Part shown: piece after piece, positions 60,215-64,000 of the stretch
Numbering within the stretch: position 1 is the stretch's first letter
How the letters are laid out: every line of letters begins with the position of its first letter
NCBI GenBank assembly: GCA_025356155.1
Contig: JANXUQ010000096.1
Span: 1,260-65,259, forward strand
Length of the DNA: 64,000 bases
Direction of reading: 5' to 3'
DNA from: Rhodoferax sp.
GTDB taxonomy: Bacteria; Pseudomonadota; Gammaproteobacteria; Burkholderiales; Burkholderiaceae_C
Position numbers and translations under genes: made by a program
Notes under the pieces: generated by a model
Seen by the model: the letters and a program-made list of their open reading frames with translations, nothing else
What the model was told of the DNA's origin: nothing
Databases searched by the model: none

Positions 60215-62176
60215 ATGCACAAAACAGCACTTCGCAGCTGGGTCGCCACGCTGGGATTCTTGACGTCGTTCCCTGTGCTCGCGCTGGATGCGTTCGACCC
60301 GGTTTCGACGGTGCTTTCGCTGGACACGGTACAGGTGGGCGACACCCGGTACAACAATGTGCGGGCGACCGTAGGCTCTTACTCTCTGCTTGAGGTGGGC
60401 TCCGGCACACCCGCCGCAGACAGCTATGACGCAACATCCCAGGTACTCACACTGGGCGCCGTGCGCTATCTCGGGCTCACCTACAACAACGTACGGGTTC
60501 GGCTCAATGCCTATTCGGTGCAAAGCGCTACGGCTGTTGTGACGCCACCCGTGGTACCCGTCTCAGGTGCCCCACACGTTAGCTACACCGATATTGTCTC
60601 CGGCCCCAACAACGGCGGCGAGAACGGCAAGGGCATTTATCTCTCGATCTTCGGCACCGACTTTGGCTCCGCGGGACTGGGCAGCACCGTCAAGGTGTTC
60701 ATCAACAACGTGGAGGTCGACAACTACCGTTACCTGGGCGCGTCGAAGGGACGGCCGGACATTCAACAGATCACGGTGCAGGTGGGCGCGTTGGGCAACC
60801 CCACGCCCGGTACCGCGTTACCGATCAAAGTGGTCGTCAATGGGGTGCCATCCAACACGGACCAAACCTTCATGGTCAACCCAGGCCGTATCTTGTTTGT
60901 CGACAATGTCACGGGCAGTGACGCCACCGCCGCCATCGGCAACATCGCCAAGCCCTTTCGCTATGTGCAGACGCCCGCGCTCTATACCGGTGGCGCCTGG
61001 CCGCAAGTGGCACCGGGCGACTTCATCGTGATGCGGGGTCACGGCAGCGCCACCCCATGGACCGATGTCGGCTTTGAGCACTATTTCATGCGCTACCGCG
61101 ACAAGTCTGGCCGCGCGCCCACAGGCGCAAGCGGTACCGGCGCGATTGCCATCATGGGCTACCCCGGAGAAGACGTGTATGTGCGCGGCACCGTCGCCAA
61201 TGGCATGGGCAGCGGCTGCATCTCTGCCATCAACGGGCAAAGCTACCCCGGCATGGGCCAATGGGCCGTGGTCAGCAACCTGCGCATGGATTGTGAAGGT
61301 TATGACGGCCCCATCAGCCAGGAAATTTTTGGACACAACTGGCGCGTGGTCAACAACGATCTGAGCGCCTCGACCGCGCCGACCAGCGGCCCCAACATAC
61401 CGCGCATGGCGGGCATTACCGGCAATGGCAACAATGCCCAGTGGCTGGGCAACCATATCCACGATATACAAGGTAGCCCGCAGGAGTGCCATGGCATTTA
61501 CATCGATGGTGATGGCTCGTATGAGATCGCCTACAACAACATCCACAACATCCGCAGTGGCAACGGATTCCAAGTGTATGTCAACGGCGGCAATGGGACC
61601 GACTACGCGCACAACATCAGCTTCCACCACAACCTGGTGCACGACGTATCCAAGCATGGACTGAATATCGCGGACGGCATGGTCAGCGGCTTGAAGATGT
61701 GGAACAACATTGTCTACAACGTGCAATACGCCGCGGTGCGGTTCAACACCAACACCTTGAGCGGTGCGCAGATTTTCAACAACACGTTTTACAACACGAA
61801 CCTGGCCCACCATCCTTCGTATGGCGCCATCACCAACGATTGGAACTTGCCGGTTGGCTCCTTGGATATCGAGAACAATATTTTCTACGTGATGGGCGGA
61901 ACGCCTTACAACTCTGGTTCCAACGGCGTGCCTGCCAATGCAGGGACGATTGCGCACAATTTGTGGTTCAACGGCACGGGCGGCACCAGTTTTGACACCG
62001 CAGCGGTCAGCGGTGACCCGCTGTTTGTAGCTGCTGGCACGGACTTTCGTCTGCAGGCGACCAGCCCGGCAGTTGGAGTCGGCTCGTCGGCTTCTGCTGT
62101 GAGCGCGTTGGTTGCAGACGACTACAACTTCAAGCCGCGCGGTGCAAACCGGGACTTGGGCGCGCTGCTGCGCTGA
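60215..62176 (+). CDS. Secreted right-handed beta-helix (pectin lyase-like) protein
   Basis: Signal peptide, two N-terminal repeats, Ig/TIG-like segment, many NNxxY/H repeats, C-terminal DFRLQATSPA...DLGA. Confidence 0.8.
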   Translation: MHKTALRSWVATLGFLTSFPVLALDAFDPVSTVLSLDTVQVGDTRYNNVRATVGSYSLLEVGSGTPAADSYDATSQVLTLGAVRYLGLTYNNVRVRLNAYSVQSATAVVTPPVVPVSGAPHVSYTDIVSGPNNGGENGKGIYLSIFGTDFGSAGLGSTVKVFINNVEVDNYRYLGASKGRPDIQQITVQVGALGNPTPGTALPIKVVVNGVPSNTDQTFMVNPGRILFVDNVTGSDATAAIGNIAKPFRYVQTPALYTGGAWPQVAPGDFIVMRGHGSATPWTDVGFEHYFMRYRDKSGRAPTGASGTGAIAIMGYPGEDVYVRGTVANGMGSGCISAINGQSYPGMGQWAVVSNLRMDCEGYDGPISQEIFGHNWRVVNNDLSASTAPTSGPNIPRMAGITGNGNNAQWLGNHIHDIQGSPQECHGIYIDGDGSYEIAYNNIHNIRSGNGFQVYVNGGNGTDYAHNISFHHNLVHDVSKHGLNIADGMVSGLKMWNNIVYNVQYAAVRFNTNTLSGAQIFNNTFYNTNLAHHPSYGAITNDWNLPVGSLDIENNIFYVMGGTPYNSGSNGVPANAGTIAHNLWFNGTGGTSFDTAAVSGDPLFVAAGTDFRLQATSPAVGVGSSASAVSALVADDYNFKPRGANRDLGALLR

Positions 62177-62300
62177 GAGCGGCACACAAAGAGGGGCCAG
62201 GGTAGGCAAGCAGGTGGCACAGCGAGTTTGCGCGGTCAACAACGCGCATTGCGTGCTGGGCGGGGGTTTTGTGTGGGGCGCAGGCGCGTCGCTAGTGTTT

Positions 62301-62354
62301 GCTACCTCTTTGATAGCGCACTGTGCTTATTCCACGAGGGCCAGAGGCCCGTTT
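62301..62354 (+). repeat. 54-bp dispersed element, copy 9
   Basis: GCTAC-N7-ATAGC-N17-CGAGGGCCAG-AGGCCCGTTT. Confidence 0.8.
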
Positions 62355-62441
62355 CCTTTGACAATTCAGAAAATTGGATAAATAAACCCAATATGGGTAT
62401 AAATCACAGTTTTTTTGATCTCCTGGCTGCGCTGGTGCCTA

Positions 62442-62656
62442 CCACCAGATTGTGTGCAACGCCCATGGGCACTTGTCCATAGAGGCCATGCAGCGCGGCA
62501 TTGCCCTACAGTCGCGGGGCGGGCGCTTCACCACGACGACGTACCATCATCTGCACCACGAAACCCCGCAGGGAAACTATGGGCTGTGGTTTACGTGGTG
62601 GAATCGGCGGATAGGGACGGAGCGGGGGATTACCAAGCTCGGTTTGAGAAGGTGAC
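62442..62656 (+). pseudogene. Degenerate duplicate of the desaturase 3' end
   Basis: Aligns by eye to 59850-60066 (NAHGHLSIE, GGRFTTTT, HHLHHE, GNYGLWFTWW) with substitutions and a frameshift. Confidence 0.88.
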
Positions 62657-62925
62657 TGGGGAGACTTAAGCCAGGCCATTCGAAGCAAATGCTTCGCCTT
62701 GTCGGCCACTACAAAAGACAAATTAACCGGTCCAAATTAACTCCGTTACTTGCAACTAAAAGCCAGCGCCGGTCACAGCGGTCACACATCTTCGGAGACT
62801 TGAAAATGGAACGAAATGCGTTTGCATGTACCCTTCCAAATACAACCATCAGCCAAACTGCGACATACTTGCTGCATTAGATGATCCTGATCCTGCCGTC
62901 TCATATATTCTGAAGAGAGAAAGCT

Positions 62926-64000
62926 ATGCTTTTTAGCGAGATACGTGAATCCACAAAACTTCAACTTCTGGAGAAAGTCAGAAAGAACGATTACGGGCAG
63001 TATTTATTCAAGGCCAGCATAGTAAAGATACGTGGGTTCACGGGTGAGGACATAACCTTTGAGTTTCCAGTAACCGCGCTAATAGGTCCAAACGGAAGCG
63101 GAAAATCGTCCGTTTTGGGGATGGCTGGTTGTGCATATAAGTCAGTGCGGCCTGGAATGTTTTTCCCGAAGAGCGCCGTTGGGGACGAGTCGATGTCCGG
63201 ATGGCGAGTCGAGTATGAGCTAGTCGATAAAACGCTCAACCCAAGACAACTGATTAAGCGGACCTCAAATTTCCGACAAGCGAAATGGGTTAGAGCTGAC
63301 GTGGCTGATCGAAATGTCTTGTTTTTTGGGATCGAAAGAACGGTCCCCGCTGGAGAGAAGACCCGGTACAAGCAGCTCATGCGTTCAACGTATGTGCACA
63401 AGCCACCGCTTCAACCATTAGATGCAAATGTTGCTACCCAAGTGGAGCACATTCTCGGCAAGTCTGTTGCGGAATATAAAGTTACTAGGTACGGTTCCGA
63501 CGACACGTTCTTAGTGGGGAGGGCTGGAGGCAATCAGTATTCTGAGTTTCATTTCGGAGCTGGCGAGTCCTCAATAATTCGCATGATCTCAACGATAGAG
63601 AATGCACCTACAAACAGTCTGATTCTGATTGAAGAAATTGAAAATGGTTTGCATCCTGTCGCGACAAGAAGAATGGTTGAATATCTGATAGACGTCGCAG
63701 AACGAAAATCAATACAGACAATTTTTACCACACACAGCGACTACGCTCTTTCACCACTACCGTCAGAAGCGATCTGGGCTAGCATTGATGGCAAGTTGAA
63801 ACAAGGAAAGCTCTCCGTCGAAGCATTGCGAGCCGTTTCCGGCAGGGTAGATAAGCAATTGGCTGTCTTTGTGGAGGACGAATTCGCCAAGTCTTGGGTA
63901 GACACGATCCTCCGAGAAAGCTTGGGAGCGAATTACGACCAAGTTGAAGTTCATGCCGTGCACGGGGACGGTAATGCAGTAGCTACTCATCGGGTGTCAC
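62926..64000 (+). CDS. ABC-type ATPase with C-terminal TOPRIM-like domain (OLD-like nuclease), truncated by window end
   Basis: Manually translated open frame from ATG 62926: GPNGSGKS, YSEFHFGAGE, LIEEIENGLHP, TTHS, VFVED; no stop in window. Confidence 0.85.
   Translation, partial: MLFSEIRESTKLQLLEKVRKNDYGQYLFKASIVKIRGFTGEDITFEFPVTALIGPNGSGKSSVLGMAGCAYKSVRPGMFFPKSAVGDESMSGWRVEYELVDKTLNPRQLIKRTSNFRQAKWVRADVADRNVLFFGIERTVPAGEKTRYKQLMRSTYVHKPPLQPLDANVATQVEHILGKSVAEYKVTRYGSDDTFLVGRAGGNQYSEFHFGAGESSIIRMISTIENAPTNSLILIEEIENGLHPVATRRMVEYLIDVAERKSIQTIFTTHSDYALSPLPSEAIWASIDGKLKQGKLSVEALRAVSGRVDKQLAVFVEDEFAKSWVDTILRESLGANYDQVEVHAVHGDGNAVATHRVS

Noticed and set aside
44282-64000. Gabija system from the UvrD-like helicase and the OLD-like ATPase
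   Set aside because: The genes are more than 16 kb apart, on opposite strands and differ in composition

Overview
Bacterial chromosomal window. Gene content and style suggest a GC-rich Betaproteobacterium of the Comamonadaceae (Rhodoferax-like); this is inference, not a database result. The left part (1-27 kb) is mostly housekeeping: a VTT/TVP38-flavoprotein cluster, a Fur-boxed Fe3+ ABC transporter, bfd/bfr, CIRCE-controlled groESL, pgi-tal-zwf-hexR, a porin, coq7, ilvA, DUF1800/DUF1501 and queC. At 27.2-34.0 kb a pncB-nadE-nadM/Nudix NAD-salvage operon is divergent, across a perfect 16-bp inverted repeat, from an 869-aa adenosine-deaminase-like + SLOG-like + Nudix fusion. This is the best candidate for an undescribed system. 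The 34-51.5 kb stretch holds AraC regulators, mscS, a CuyA/CuyB-like lyase/racemase pair, panE, a UvrD-like helicase and a liv-type ABC operon with a frameshift. The 51.9-64 kb stretch is accessory and partly decayed: DUF4331, DUF4198, a DUF2330/RnfD-like pair, methyltransferase/ACP/FabF and AI-2E remnants, and a desaturase whose 3' end is duplicated around a beta-helix gene. It ends in an AT-richer ABC-ATPase/TOPRIM gene that runs off the window and is absent from the ORF track. A 54-bp element with fixed internal spacing occurs nine times, four times contributing coding sequence. I found no rRNA, tRNA, CRISPR array or transposase by eye.
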